DNA of 42,333 bases from Actinomycetota bacterium. GTDB lineage: Bacteria; Actinomycetota; Acidimicrobiia; IMCC26256; VFJJ01. The notes below the pieces were generated by a model. The model saw nothing but the letters and a program-made list of their open reading frames with translations. It searched no databases and was not told where the DNA came from. Positions 29,215 to 39,155 of this stretch are shown piece by piece. Position 1 is the stretch's first letter. Every line of letters starts with the position of its first letter. The position numbers and the translations under genes are program-made. Location of the stretch: the NCBI GenBank assembly GCA_009886115.1, contig VFJJ01000027.1, positions 1 to 42,333 of the forward strand. The letters run 5' to 3'.

Positions 29215-30200
29215 CGGCACATCTCGACGACCGTGGCGACGATGTCGTCGACGCTCGGGACCAACGAGTCGACGAGGTGCTCGGCCGTGGGAACGGGGAT
29301 GTCGGGGATGGCCAGGCGCCGCAGTGGACGATCGAGCCATCCGAAGGCGTGCTCCATCAGCAACGCCCCGATCTCGGCTCCGACGCCGAGCGTGCGCGGA
29401 CCCTCCTCGACCACCAGGCAGGCCCCGGTCTTCTTCACCGAGCGCAACAGGGTCTCGAGGTCGAACGGGTTGAGCGTGACCGGGTCGACGATCTCGACCT
29501 CGATCCCTTGTGCGGCAAGGATCTCCGCGGCGGCGAGCGATCGACGCAGCATGTCCTGCCAGGCGACGATCGTGAGACGGTCGCCGGGCCTGCGCACGAC
29601 GGCCTGCCCGAATGGCGTGACGTGCTCGCCCTCGGGGACGGGGCCGCTGGTGCCGTAGAGACGTTTGTGCTCGAAGACGAACACCGGGTCGTCGCTGCGG
29701 ATGGCCGCGGTCACGAGCCCCTTGGCGTCGGCGGGGGTCGACGGGACCACGACGCGCACCCCGGGCGTGTGCATCAGATAGGCCTCGGTGCACTGCGAGT
29801 GCTCGGGGCCGAACCCGCCTCCGCCCGAGGCCATGCGCACCACGAGCGGCAGGTCGACCTGGCCGTCGTGGGCGTAGCGCCAGGTCGCGCAGTTGAGGAA
29901 CACCTCCTGGCCGGCGCTGAACACGAAGTCGCAGTACTGCAGCTCGGCGATGGGTCGAAGTCCCCGCATGGCCATCCCGATCGCCATGCCCACCACGAGG
30001 TTCTCGCTGATCGGGGTGTCGAAGAGCTGGTCGCCGATGAACTCGCCCATCCCCCGCGACACGCCCCACACGCCGCCCATCGGGCCGACATCCTCGCCGA
30101 ACATCACCACGTTGGGATCGCGCTTCATCTCGCCCACGATCGCCTCGCGGATCGCGTGTGCGTACTTGACGATTCGCGTCTCTTCCGGCGCCTCGGTCAT
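29211..30200 (-). CDS. ThDP-dependent dehydrogenase E1 beta subunit (AcoB/PdhB-like)
   Basis: GEDVG, DTPISE, HSQ, PSTPADAKG and FEHK. Confidence 0.95.
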   Translation of the reverse strand: MTEAPEETRIVKYAHAIREAIVGEMKRDPNVVMFGEDVGPMGGVWGVSRGMGEFIGDQLFDTPISENLVVGMAIGMAMRGLRPIAELQYCDFVFSAGQEVFLNCATWRYAHDGQVDLPLVVRMASGGGGFGPEHSQCTEAYLMHTPGVRVVVPSTPADAKGLVTAAIRSDDPVFVFEHKRLYGTSGPVPEGEHVTPFGQAVVRRPGDRLTIVAWQDMLRRSLAAAEILAAQGIEVEIVDPVTLNPFDLETLLRSVKKTGACLVVEEGPRTLGVGAEIGALLMEHAFGWLDRPLRRLAIPDIPVPTAEHLVDSLVPSVDDIVATVVEMCR

Positions 30201-31174
30201 GGCACGAACACCGACTCGCGAGCCGTGTCGGCGCTGACCACCGGTCTCGATCTCATCGTGGCGACGGCGGCTTCGATGCGCTCGTCGAAGCCCCGTTCGA
30301 GCTCCTCACGCAGCACCGGGTCGATCTGGTCGAGGGGATCGACCAACGCCGTGTCGCTCGGGCCGGCGCCCGGGCCCGGGCCTGATGCGCCCCGACGGTA
30401 CGACTCCCGATCTCCGAGCCAGTGACCCCGGAGCCGGGTGACCTTGACCTCGATGAGCGACGGACCATCGCCAGCCCGGGCCCGAGCGGCGGCCACGGCC
30501 ACCGTGTCGAAGACCGCATCGATATCGCTGCCGTCGACCACGATCCCGGGCATCCCGTAACCCGCGGCCCGGTCGGCGATGTCGACGACCGACGTCGACA
30601 CCGACGCCGGCACCGACATCCCCCACCCGTTGTTCTCGCACAGCAGGATCAGCGGCAGACGGGCGACCGCCGCGTAGTTCGCCGCCTCGTGGAACTGCCC
30701 GCGGTTGGCCGAGCCGTCACCGAAGAACACGATGCACACCCGGCCCGTGCCCAGCCGCTGCTCGGCGTAGGCGACACCGGCCCCGATCACGAAGTTGCCC
30801 CCGAGCGAGCCGCTCTCGCCCAGGATCCCCCGCGCCGCGTCGATGACGTGCATGACCCCGCCCTTGCCCCGGTTCGTACCACCCTCGCGGTACGCCATGT
30901 CGCACAGGATGGTCTCGAGCGGCAGGTCGCGAGCGATCCAGTAGGCGGTGCCCCGGTGGCCGTAGAGCATCGGGTCGTCGGGACGCAGCGCAGCGAGCAC
31001 GGCGCACTGGGCCAGCTCCTGGCCCGCGCCGAGGTGGAGATTGGCCGGGATCTCGCCGGTGAGGCAGAGCTGCGCCACCCGGTCCTCGAAGCGGCGAGCG
31101 AGGAGCGCGGTCGTGAAGATCCGACGCCGCGTCAATTCGTCCACGATCCCCCGATCGATCCTTGTCGGTGACAC
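30197..31174 (-). CDS. ThDP-dependent dehydrogenase E1 alpha subunit (AcoA/PdhA-like)
   Basis: GQE, HR, GKGGVMH, the ThDP motif GDG...NN and RGH. Confidence 0.93.
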   Translation of the reverse strand: MSPTRIDRGIVDELTRRRIFTTALLARRFEDRVAQLCLTGEIPANLHLGAGQELAQCAVLAALRPDDPMLYGHRGTAYWIARDLPLETILCDMAYREGGTNRGKGGVMHVIDAARGILGESGSLGGNFVIGAGVAYAEQRLGTGRVCIVFFGDGSANRGQFHEAANYAAVARLPLILLCENNGWGMSVPASVSTSVVDIADRAAGYGMPGIVVDGSDIDAVFDTVAVAAARARAGDGPSLIEVKVTRLRGHWLGDRESYRRGASGPGPGAGPSDTALVDPLDQIDPVLREELERGFDERIEAAVATMRSRPVVSADTARESVFVP

Positions 31175-31263
31175 TCGGCGAAACAGCCGTCGCGTCAGGC
31201 AGCCCGCAATCTAGACGAGCCGCCCAGGTGCACACAGGAGCGCTGCGGTGCTACGAACAGGGC

Positions 31264-32067
31264 ATGAACGCAAGCACCAAGCGACTCGACGGGCGGGTGG
31301 CCATCATCACCGGAGCGGCCCAGGGGCAAGGCGCCGCCGAGGCGGAGGCCTTCGTCGCCGAGGGCGCCAGGGTCCTGCTCACCGACGTGCTCGACGACGA
31401 GGGGACGGCTCTGGCCGATCGGCTCGGCCCGGCCGCGGCGTACCGACATCTCGACGTGACCGACGAGAGCCAGTGGGCCGAGGCCGTCGACGATGCCGTG
31501 GGCCGCTTCGGAGCGCTGCACGTCCTGGTCAACAACGCCGGGATCTCCTTGCGCCCCGCACCCATCGCCGAGACCCCGGTGGCGCGCTATCGCAGGGTGA
31601 TCGAGACCAACCTCGTGTCGATGTTCACGGGCATCCACTACGCAGCGCCCCATCTGAGCGCCGCGGGGAACGGGTCGATCGTGAACGTGTCGTCCGTGAA
31701 CGGCTTCGCCGGCGCCGCGGGGATCGCCGGGTACGTGTCGAGCAAGTTCGGGGTGCGCGGCCTCACTCGTACCGCCGCCCTCGAGCTCGGACGATCGGGC
31801 GTGCGTGTCAACTCGATCCACCCCGGCCCCATCGACACGCCGATGGTGCAGCCGGCGGCCTGGGGCGGCTTCGACATGCGCCCGATCCTCGCCGCCCGCA
31901 TGCCCTTGGGCCGGATCGGCCAACCGGCCGAGGTCGCCGAGCTCGTCGTGTGGTTGGCGTCGGACGCGAGCAGTTACTGCACCGGCGCCGAGTTCGTGAT
32001 CGATGGCGGATATCTCGCCGGCCCGTTCGACCCGGTGGGGCCCCTCGAGCGGGAGGCCGGGGTGTGA
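31264..32067 (+). CDS. Short-chain dehydrogenase (3alpha,20beta-HSD/cyclopentanol dehydrogenase-like)
   Basis: TGAAQGQG, NNAG, YVSSK, VNSIHPG and TGAEFVIDGG. Confidence 0.95.
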   Translation: MNASTKRLDGRVAIITGAAQGQGAAEAEAFVAEGARVLLTDVLDDEGTALADRLGPAAAYRHLDVTDESQWAEAVDDAVGRFGALHVLVNNAGISLRPAPIAETPVARYRRVIETNLVSMFTGIHYAAPHLSAAGNGSIVNVSSVNGFAGAAGIAGYVSSKFGVRGLTRTAALELGRSGVRVNSIHPGPIDTPMVQPAAWGGFDMRPILAARMPLGRIGQPAEVAELVVWLASDASSYCTGAEFVIDGGYLAGPFDPVGPLEREAGV

Positions 32068-33311
32068 CCTCTCGGTCGAAAGCCGGGCCGTCGCCGTCGT
32101 CGACGAGAGCCACCGCGATCGTCGGCGACCGCCTCGTCGACGCCGACAACCACTACTACGAGCCCCGCGACGCCTTCACCCGGCACATGCCCCGCGCCCT
32201 GTTGCCCCTTGCCGTTCACGTCGAAGGCGAGGGCGACGACGAGAAGATCTTCGTGGGAGCCGAGCGTTTCGTGTTCCTCCGCAACCAGTACGACGCCGTC
32301 GTGAGGCCGGGCGCCCTGCGGGAGATGCTGCGCAGCATGAAGGCCAGCGGTGAGCGGGGCGATGCCAGCGAGGTCGACGAGCCCATGCAGCCCGCGTACG
32401 TCGACCCCGTGGCCCGTCTGGAAGCCATGGACCGACAGGGCGTCGAGGCCGCGTTGCTGTTCCCGACGCTCGGCGTGTGCGTCGAGCAGGCCATGGCCGG
32501 AGATCCCGTCCAGATCCACGCCAATTTCGACGCCTTCAACCGATGGCTCGACGACGACTGGGGATACGCCCACGCCGGACGGATCTTCGCTGCGCCGATC
32601 ATCCCGCTCGCCGACCGCGATCGCGCCTGCTCCGAGCTCGACCGGGTGCTCGAGCGCGGGGCGCGCGTCATCGCGCTCCGGCCCGGGCCGGCTTACGGAC
32701 GCTCGCCCGCCGATCCGTGGTTCGATCCGTTCTGGGCCCGGATCAACGAGGCCGGCGTGCTCGTGGGCCTGCACATCGGCGAGAGCGGCTACAACGAGAT
32801 GTTCTCGACGTGCTGGGGTGAGAGCCCGAACCCGCCGTCACACCGGCAGAGCGCGTTCCAGTGGTCGTGCTCGTACGGCGACCGTCCCATCATGGACACC
32901 ATCGCCTCGCTCGTGCTGCACAACCTCTTCGGCCGCTTCCCCAACGTGCGTTTGGCTTCGGTCGAGAACGGATCGCTGTGGGTGCCCTATCTCCTGGCCC
33001 AGCTCGACAAGATGAAAGGCATGGGCCGCAACGGCCCGTGGCCCGGCGGGTACGTCTCGGGCCGACCCAGCGAGATCCTCGGACGCCATCTGTTCGTGTC
33101 GCCGTACCACGAGGAGGACATCCCGGCACTGGCCCGTCTGATCGGACCGTCGCAGGTGCTCTTCGGCTCCGACTGGCCCCATCCCGAAGGGCTGGCCGAA
33201 CCGGCTGACTTCATCGAAGGGCTCGCCGGGCTGTCCGACGGCGACGTTCGCCTCATCATGCGCGACAACACCTCGAGCCTGTTGGGCCTGGGCCCGGGCG
33301 CACCGCGGTGA
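32064..33311 (+). CDS. Amidohydrolase_2 family protein
   Basis: DADNHYYEP, LFPT, LHIG and FGSDWPHPEG. GTGA overlap with the SDR stop. Confidence 0.92.
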   Translation: MTSRSKAGPSPSSTRATAIVGDRLVDADNHYYEPRDAFTRHMPRALLPLAVHVEGEGDDEKIFVGAERFVFLRNQYDAVVRPGALREMLRSMKASGERGDASEVDEPMQPAYVDPVARLEAMDRQGVEAALLFPTLGVCVEQAMAGDPVQIHANFDAFNRWLDDDWGYAHAGRIFAAPIIPLADRDRACSELDRVLERGARVIALRPGPAYGRSPADPWFDPFWARINEAGVLVGLHIGESGYNEMFSTCWGESPNPPSHRQSAFQWSCSYGDRPIMDTIASLVLHNLFGRFPNVRLASVENGSLWVPYLLAQLDKMKGMGRNGPWPGGYVSGRPSEILGRHLFVSPYHEEDIPALARLIGPSQVLFGSDWPHPEGLAEPADFIEGLAGLSDGDVRLIMRDNTSSLLGLGPGAPR

Positions 33312-34087
33312 AACCCCGCTTCGACCGGTACTCCCAGTCGTACGACCACGTCGCCATGACCCGCGACGAGCACGGCATCATCGAGCTCCGATTCCACAGC
33401 GACGGGGGCCCGCTCGTGTGGGGCGCAGCTCCGCACACCGAGCTCGGGTACTGCTTCGCCGACGTCGGTGCCGATCCCGAGAACCGCGTGGTCGTCCTCA
33501 CGGGCACGGGTGACCGGTTCATCTCGGCGATCGACGACAGCTGGGTTGGCGCCATGACCCCCGCCAAGTGGGACACGATCTACGCCCACGGCAAGCGCCT
33601 GCTCGGCCGCCTGCTCGACATCGAGGTACCCGTCATCGCCGCGATCAACGGTCCGGCGACGGTCCATGCCGAGATCGCCGTCCTCTCCGACATCGTCATC
33701 GCCGCCGAGCACACCTGGTTCTCCGACGCTCCGCACTTCCGGTTCGGCACCGTGCCCGGCGACGGCGTGCACGTCGTGTGGCCGATGTTGCTCGGGGCCA
33801 ACCGGGGCCGGTACTTCCTCCTCACCGGCCAACGGATCTCGGCAGCCGAGGCCCTGGCGCTGGGCGTCGTCAGCGAGGTCGTGCCGGCGGCGGAGCTGCT
33901 CGGTCGAGCCCACGAGCTCGCCCAGGTGCTGGCCCGCCAACCCGACACCACGCTGCGCTACACGCGCGATGCGCTCACCCAGCCCATCAAGCGGCTCCTC
34001 CTCGACAACGTGGGCCATGGCCTGGCCCTGGAGGGCCTGGGCGCGTACGCGTCGTGGCCGACGGGCGACGCGCCGGCTCCGGCCTGA
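33308..34087 (+). CDS. Crotonase-superfamily enzyme, 6-oxocamphor (beta-diketone) hydrolase-like
   Basis: PVIAAINGP, DAPHFRFGTVPGDGVHVVWP and GRYFLLTGQ. Confidence 0.85.
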   Translation: MKPRFDRYSQSYDHVAMTRDEHGIIELRFHSDGGPLVWGAAPHTELGYCFADVGADPENRVVVLTGTGDRFISAIDDSWVGAMTPAKWDTIYAHGKRLLGRLLDIEVPVIAAINGPATVHAEIAVLSDIVIAAEHTWFSDAPHFRFGTVPGDGVHVVWPMLLGANRGRYFLLTGQRISAAEALALGVVSEVVPAAELLGRAHELAQVLARQPDTTLRYTRDALTQPIKRLLLDNVGHGLALEGLGAYASWPTGDAPAPA

Positions 34088-34207
34088 GGGCGGCGGATCC
34101 ACGTCTCCAGCAGGCGGGTTCACTCGAAGTCCCGTGCGCGCACGGATGCCATCACGCCTTCGAGCCACGACGATCAGGTTCGTACGAAGAACCTGCTCAA
34201 GGAGCTC

Positions 34208-34648
34208 ATGATGCGCAGAACCCGCCGTCTCGTCACGACGTTGGCCGGGGCCCTGTCGATCATCGCCACCGGCTGTGGCTCAGAGGACGACACCTCGGCC
34301 GATGGCGATCGAGCATCTGCCGAACCGGTCGTCGTTTCCGGATCAGGAGACATCGCTGATGTGGTCGAGCAGTACCGCCAGGTGCTGGGTACCGACAACG
34401 GCGGCGAGCCCGGTGGCGCCGCCTCTGGTCGTCGAGAGATCAACTGGGACGGGGTACCCGTGAGAGGCTTCGGCGCCGTCTACACCGATGTCGACACCGA
34501 GCACACGGCCTTCGAGTACTTCGCAGCCGACGGAACCTCCCGTTCGGTCGGAGGGCGTCTCTCGTGGGTGTACCGTCACGCTGTGATCTCTTCTTGCCCC
34601 GGCTTCGGCCGCGTCGACCTCCAGGGGTGCTCGGTCGTGCCTTCGTGA
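34208..34648 (+). pseudogene. Lipoprotein remnant with apparent internal deletion and 3' truncation
   Basis: Lipobox-like ATGC. GRREINWDGVP abuts VRGFGAVYTDVD directly. The sequence degenerates after ~34540. Confidence 0.55.
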
Positions 34649-35739
34649 CCATCACCGATGTCATCCCGAACCTGACCCGGGCGATGATGCCTTCCGAGAA
34701 CGAGATCCGGCGGGCCCGCCGACGGCTCCACGCCAAGGCGCTCACCATCGTGGCGTTGTTCTTCGCGAGCTACTGGGGCCTGGTGATCGCCGACAACCGC
34801 ACGCTCGTGCGGTTCGGTTGTGCCATCACGTTGATCGTGGCCGTGGTCGCCGTCGCCACCGGGATCATGCACGACGCGAACCATGGAGCGTTCAGCAGCT
34901 CCCGCCGGGTCAACAAGATCGTCGGGTACACGCTCGACGTGCTCGGCGGCAGCTCATGGCTGTGGCGCTTCAAGCACAACACGCTGCACCACGGCAACAC
35001 GAACGTCGTCGGCGTCGACAGCGACATCGACCAGGGTCCCGTCGCCCGGCTCGCCCCGCAACAGCAGTGGCGCCCCTGGCACCGATACCAACACGTGTAC
35101 CTGTGGTTCATCTACGGCCTGCTGGCCATCCGCTGGTTCCTGATGGCCGACTTCGTGAACCTCCTCACCAATCGCATCGGCGCCCAGCCCCTGGCTGTGA
35201 ACCGCCGACGCCGCGACGTGGTGTTCCTGATCTGCGGCAAGCTCGTCCACCTCACCTGGGCCGTCATCGTCCCGCTCATGTTCAACCCCTGGTGGGGGGT
35301 CCTGGCGTTCTACCTGGTGTCGTCGTGGATCGTCGGGTTCCTCCTGGCCACGATCTTCCAGATGGCGCACTGTGTCGATGCCGCCGAGTTCGTCGACGAG
35401 GGCACGGCCTGCAAGGGCAAGCAGTTCCAGATGCACCAGATCAACACCACCGTCGACATCAACTTCCGGTTCATTCCCTTGCGCTGGCTGATGCGCTGGT
35501 TGGTCGGTGGCCTCGACCACCAGGTGGTCCACCATCTCGTGCCCAAGCTCCCGCACACCCTCTACCCCAAGATGCGCAAGCGTCTCGAGGCCGCGTGCCT
35601 GACCCACGGCATCACCCTCCGAACCCACGTGAGCATGCTCGACGCCCTGCGCTCCCACGGTCGGTGGCTCAAGCTCATGGGTCAGCAACCGAGCGTCATC
35701 GTCACGGTCCCGCCGATCGATGTCATCGGGCGTCCCTGA
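34645..35739 (+). CDS. Membrane fatty acid (acyl-CoA) desaturase
   Basis: His boxes HDANH, HNTLHH and HQVVHH, with TM helices. GTG 34645 chosen as the start. Confidence 0.92.
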   Translation: MTITDVIPNLTRAMMPSENEIRRARRRLHAKALTIVALFFASYWGLVIADNRTLVRFGCAITLIVAVVAVATGIMHDANHGAFSSSRRVNKIVGYTLDVLGGSSWLWRFKHNTLHHGNTNVVGVDSDIDQGPVARLAPQQQWRPWHRYQHVYLWFIYGLLAIRWFLMADFVNLLTNRIGAQPLAVNRRRRDVVFLICGKLVHLTWAVIVPLMFNPWWGVLAFYLVSSWIVGFLLATIFQMAHCVDAAEFVDEGTACKGKQFQMHQINTTVDINFRFIPLRWLMRWLVGGLDHQVVHHLVPKLPHTLYPKMRKRLEAACLTHGITLRTHVSMLDALRSHGRWLKLMGQQPSVIVTVPPIDVIGRP

Positions 35740-35788
35740 GGGTTGTTCCGATCAGCTCCCGGTCGGCGCCGACGCGCCAGACTGAGCC

Positions 35789-37072
35789 ATGGCCACGCCC
35801 CAGCACGACCTCCCGCTCGACCCGGATGGCGATCTCGGGGGCAACCTCGACCTGACCGATCCGGCCACGATGGAGTGCCCGTACGGGCTCTATCGAGCAC
35901 TCCACGACCGGGACGTCCGAACGCTGGCCGTGGCTGGTGTCGGCCACTGGGTCGGGAGGATGGCCGACGTGCGCGACGTGGCCACCGACACGGCCCGATT
36001 CTCGAACCAGTACTTCGGCGACGACATCCGTCCAACCGGGGTGAGCGGACTGCCCGTCGAGGACGATGTCGCGGCGATCTTCGATGCCGGGCCCCGGGTC
36101 CGCAAGGCACTGTGGATGACCGACCCGCCCGTGCACTCGTTGCACAGGGCGCTCGTCAACCGGGCGTTCACGCCGCGCCGGGTGGCAGCGCTCGAGCCGG
36201 TGATCCGCCGGATCGCCCACGATGCGATCGATCGCTTCGCCGAGCGGGGCTCGGTGGAGTTCATGTCCGAGTACGCGATCGTGATCCCCATGACCGTGAT
36301 CGCCGATGCGCTCGGTGTGTCGCGCGACATGCTGTACACGTTCAAACGCTGGTGTGACGACATCCTCGCCGGCAATCTCGACGTGCTCGACCACCAGCGA
36401 CGCCGCCAGGTCGCCACCTCGTTCGTCGAGTACTGCGAGTACTTCGCCGACGTCGTCGCCGACCGTCGGGCGACCCCGCGCGACGACATGATCTCGGCCA
36501 TCGCCAACGCCGAGGTCGACGGTCAACGGATGGATCTCGCCGAGGTGCTCGCCGCCACCGAGACGCTGTTGCTCGCCGGGAACGAGACCACGAAGAACCT
36601 GATCGGCAACGCCATGCTGATGCTGCTCGAGCACCCCTCGCAGCTCGCCGAGGTTCGGGCCGATCCCGACCTCGTCCCCAACATGCTCGAGGAGGTGCTT
36701 CGCTACGAGGGTCCGGTGCAGTGCCTGTACCGCCTGGTGACGGGCGACACCGAGATCGCGGGGACACCCGTCCAGGCCGGGAGCATGGTCATGCTCGGCT
36801 GGGGCTCGGCCGGGCGCGATCCCAGCGTGTTCGACGATCCCGATCGCTTCGACATCCACCGCTCCAACGCCAGGGAGCACGTGAACTTCGGCTTCGGTCC
36901 TCATTTCTGCATCGGCGCGCCCTTGGCCCGAGCCGAGGCGCGCATCGCCTTCGAGGTGCTCTTCGAGCGCTTGGGCCCGATCAGGCTGGCCCCGGGGGCC
37001 TCGACCGCACACGTCCCCACGTTCGCCACCCGGGGTCTGCAACGCCTCGATCTCGACTTCGAGCACTCATGA
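35789..37072 (+). CDS. Cytochrome P450
   Basis: DPPVH, AGNETT, EEVLR (ExxR) and FGFGPHFCIG (heme Cys). Confidence 0.97.
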   Translation: MATPQHDLPLDPDGDLGGNLDLTDPATMECPYGLYRALHDRDVRTLAVAGVGHWVGRMADVRDVATDTARFSNQYFGDDIRPTGVSGLPVEDDVAAIFDAGPRVRKALWMTDPPVHSLHRALVNRAFTPRRVAALEPVIRRIAHDAIDRFAERGSVEFMSEYAIVIPMTVIADALGVSRDMLYTFKRWCDDILAGNLDVLDHQRRRQVATSFVEYCEYFADVVADRRATPRDDMISAIANAEVDGQRMDLAEVLAATETLLLAGNETTKNLIGNAMLMLLEHPSQLAEVRADPDLVPNMLEEVLRYEGPVQCLYRLVTGDTEIAGTPVQAGSMVMLGWGSAGRDPSVFDDPDRFDIHRSNAREHVNFGFGPHFCIGAPLARAEARIAFEVLFERLGPIRLAPGASTAHVPTFATRGLQRLDLDFEHS

Positions 37073-37812
37073 GCGACTCGGAGTCGGCGACGGTCCCCCA
37101 GCTCCAGCCGGTGCCCGAGGATTGGCGACGCGCCCTCGCGATCGTGGCCCATCCCGACGACCTCGAGTACGGAGCGGCCAGCGCCATCGCCCGCTGGACC
37201 AAGCAGGGTAAGGACATCGCGTACCTCCTCGCGACTCGCGGCGAGGCGGGAATCGCCACCATGGACCCCACAGAGACCGGGCCCGTCCGGGAAGCCGAGG
37301 AACGAGCCGGGGCCGCGCTGGTCGGCGTCTCGACCGTCGAGTTCCTCGACCACCGCGACGGCGTCGTCGAATACGGGCTGGCCCTGCGTCTCGATCTCGC
37401 TCGCGCGATCCGCCGCCATCGACCCGAGGTGCTGATCACGATCAACCACCACGAGCGCTGGGCCTTCGGCGGCGTCAATCAGGCCGACCATCGCCACGTG
37501 GGTCTGGCCGCGGTCGACGCCGGGCGCGACGCAGCCAATCGATGGATCTTCCCTGAGCTGCTCGGCGAAGGGCTCGAGCCCTGGAGCGGTCTGCGTTTCG
37601 TGGCCGTGAGCGAATCACCGTTCGCCGGGCACGCCGTCGACGTGAGCGGCACCCTCGACCTCGGGATCGCGTCGCTGCGGGCCCACGCGGCGTACCTGGC
37701 TGCCCTCGATCCGCCGCCCGATCCCGACGCCTTCGTGCGGGGCATCGCCAACGGCGCGGCCGAGCAGTTCGGGGGTCGCCCCGCCGTCCGCTTCGAGATC
37801 ATCGATCTCTGA
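37069..37812 (+). CDS. PIG-L/LmbE family deacetylase
   Basis: AHPDD, TRGEAG, REAE and QADH. ATGA overlap with the P450 stop. Confidence 0.92.
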   Translation: MSDSESATVPQLQPVPEDWRRALAIVAHPDDLEYGAASAIARWTKQGKDIAYLLATRGEAGIATMDPTETGPVREAEERAGAALVGVSTVEFLDHRDGVVEYGLALRLDLARAIRRHRPEVLITINHHERWAFGGVNQADHRHVGLAAVDAGRDAANRWIFPELLGEGLEPWSGLRFVAVSESPFAGHAVDVSGTLDLGIASLRAHAAYLAALDPPPDPDAFVRGIANGAAEQFGGRPAVRFEIIDL

Positions 37813-37839
37813 CGGGCGTCGATCTCTGACGGGCGTCGA
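37802..37839. repeat. 17-bp tandem duplication (tcgatctctgacgggcg) including the PIG-L stop codon
   Basis: Copies at 37802-37818 and 37819-37835. Confidence 0.88.
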
Positions 37840-37843
37840 CGGC

Positions 37844-38590
37844 TCAGTCGTCGTCGGGGAGCCGGAAGCTGTCGCGATCTTCGACCCGGGGCTGGCGTCC
37901 GGTGCGGAACGGCGAGAGCGGCGCGTCGACGAGGAGAACCCGGTGCCAGTCGCGGGCCACCGCGGCGGCAGCGTTGCGCCAAGCCATGATCGAGGGATCG
38001 GTGTACTGGGCCTTCTCGAATGCCGCCCAGTCCTCCCACGTGGGGATCGCCCACAGGACGAGCGCTTCGGAGTCGTTCTTCATCGCAGTCACGAACGCGC
38101 CAGCGAGCTGCCATCCGAAACGTTCGTAGGCGGGGACGGCCTCCCGGCGCACGAGCTCGATGTACTCCCATGCTGCGCCGGGGCGAACCTGGACCATCTC
38201 GTGGGCGTACGTCTCGCCGCGCACACCGTCGGCGCACAGCTCCTCGATGGTGCGGGTCCACGGTGCCGGGATCATGAGCCGGTCCTCGCCGCTGCGGCGG
38301 AACTGGGCGGCCCGAGCCCACCATGCGCTCAGCGTCGGGTTCTGGAGCGTGGGGTGGTTGAACTCGTGGCGGAACGAGCGGGCCATCCCGTCGAACCCGT
38401 CCTCCTCCCACATGTTGACGACCTCGGGCCAACGCCTGGTCGTACCCACCGTTCCCCAGACCCCGTAGCAGAGCTGGTGGCGCTCCTCCTGGGCGATGGG
38501 CGAGAAGTTGGCCGTCATGTGGTGCATGTAGTTGGCCCGGTTGGGCCCGATGATGTCGATGTACTCGTGGATGTAGAGCTTGTCGTTCAC
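37844..38590 (-). CDS. NIPSNAP-like dimeric alpha/beta barrel protein
   Basis: YIHEYIDIIG...YMHHMTAN...GVWGTVG...WPEVVNMWE with two similar halves. GTG 38590 chosen as the start. Confidence 0.75.
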   Translation of the reverse strand: MNDKLYIHEYIDIIGPNRANYMHHMTANFSPIAQEERHQLCYGVWGTVGTTRRWPEVVNMWEEDGFDGMARSFRHEFNHPTLQNPTLSAWWARAAQFRRSGEDRLMIPAPWTRTIEELCADGVRGETYAHEMVQVRPGAAWEYIELVRREAVPAYERFGWQLAGAFVTAMKNDSEALVLWAIPTWEDWAAFEKAQYTDPSIMAWRNAAAAVARDWHRVLLVDAPLSPFRTGRQPRVEDRDSFRLPDDD

Positions 38591-38686
38591 GGAGTCCCTG
38601 ATCGAGCGGCGATGGACGTGAGGGGCCCCACGTGATCTCCCACGGGCCCCGGCGAGCACCAGCTCGCCAATCGGGAGGGTACGGCC

Positions 38687-39109
38687 ATGAGCTCAAGCGA
38701 CTCGGGTTGGGTGCCACCGGGGTGGTATCCCGACCCTTCGGGAGAGCACGAGCTCCGCTACTTCGACGGCCAGACCTGGACCGAGCACGTGTCGGGCGCG
38801 CACCTCGGGCCGGGAACCAGCAGCGGCCCGACGAGGTCCCCGTCACCCTTTGTGGCGACGGGGCTCACGTGGCGGGCCCGTCACCGTCCCCTGCCGACGG
38901 CCGAGCGAGGCCTGGGCGCGGCGGGCGGGACGCTCGTGGGTCTGGGCGCGGTCGGCTTCGGCGCCGAACGTCTGGAGACGAGCGGATCGTCGAGCCTGGG
39001 GATCGCCGTCACGGCCGCCCTGGTGATCGCAGGTGTCGTGGGCGCGTACCTGCTCGACGGGGCGCTCCGGTCGAGCAGCAGGCCACCGCGTACGAACGCG
39101 TCACGATGA
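38687..39109 (+). pseudogene. DUF2510-domain membrane protein, probably 3'-truncated
   Basis: PPGWYPDPSG...LRYFDGQTWT, then two TM helices ending abruptly before the compositional break. Confidence 0.6.
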
Positions 39110-39129
39110 CCACCGCTGACCCCGACGTG

Positions 39130-39155
39130 GGGACTGTCAGGAACTTTGTCTTTGG
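39130..39155 (+). mobile_element. Possible orphan IS256-family terminal inverted repeat
   Basis: gggactgtcaggaactttgtc resembles IS256-type ends (GGGACTGTCA..., recalled). It coincides with the composition shift. No partner end or transposase was seen. Confidence 0.3.

Noticed and set aside
27850..33311. Apparent long N-terminal extensions of E2 (to 30069) and the amidohydrolase (from 31248)
   Set aside because: The extensions overlap the E1-beta and SDR genes in another frame. The real starts are at the 4-bp overlaps (29214 and 32064).
35515..35540. Desaturase third His box HQVVHH lacking the usual Glu, as a sign of inactivation
   Set aside because: The QxxHH metal ligands are intact and the other two boxes are canonical, so there is no evidence of loss of function.
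38616..38634. Near-palindrome acgtgaggggccccacgt between the NIPSNAP and DUF2510 genes
   Set aside because: It is imperfect, GC-rich and single-copy, with no adjacent regulator to link it to. Too weak to call an operator.
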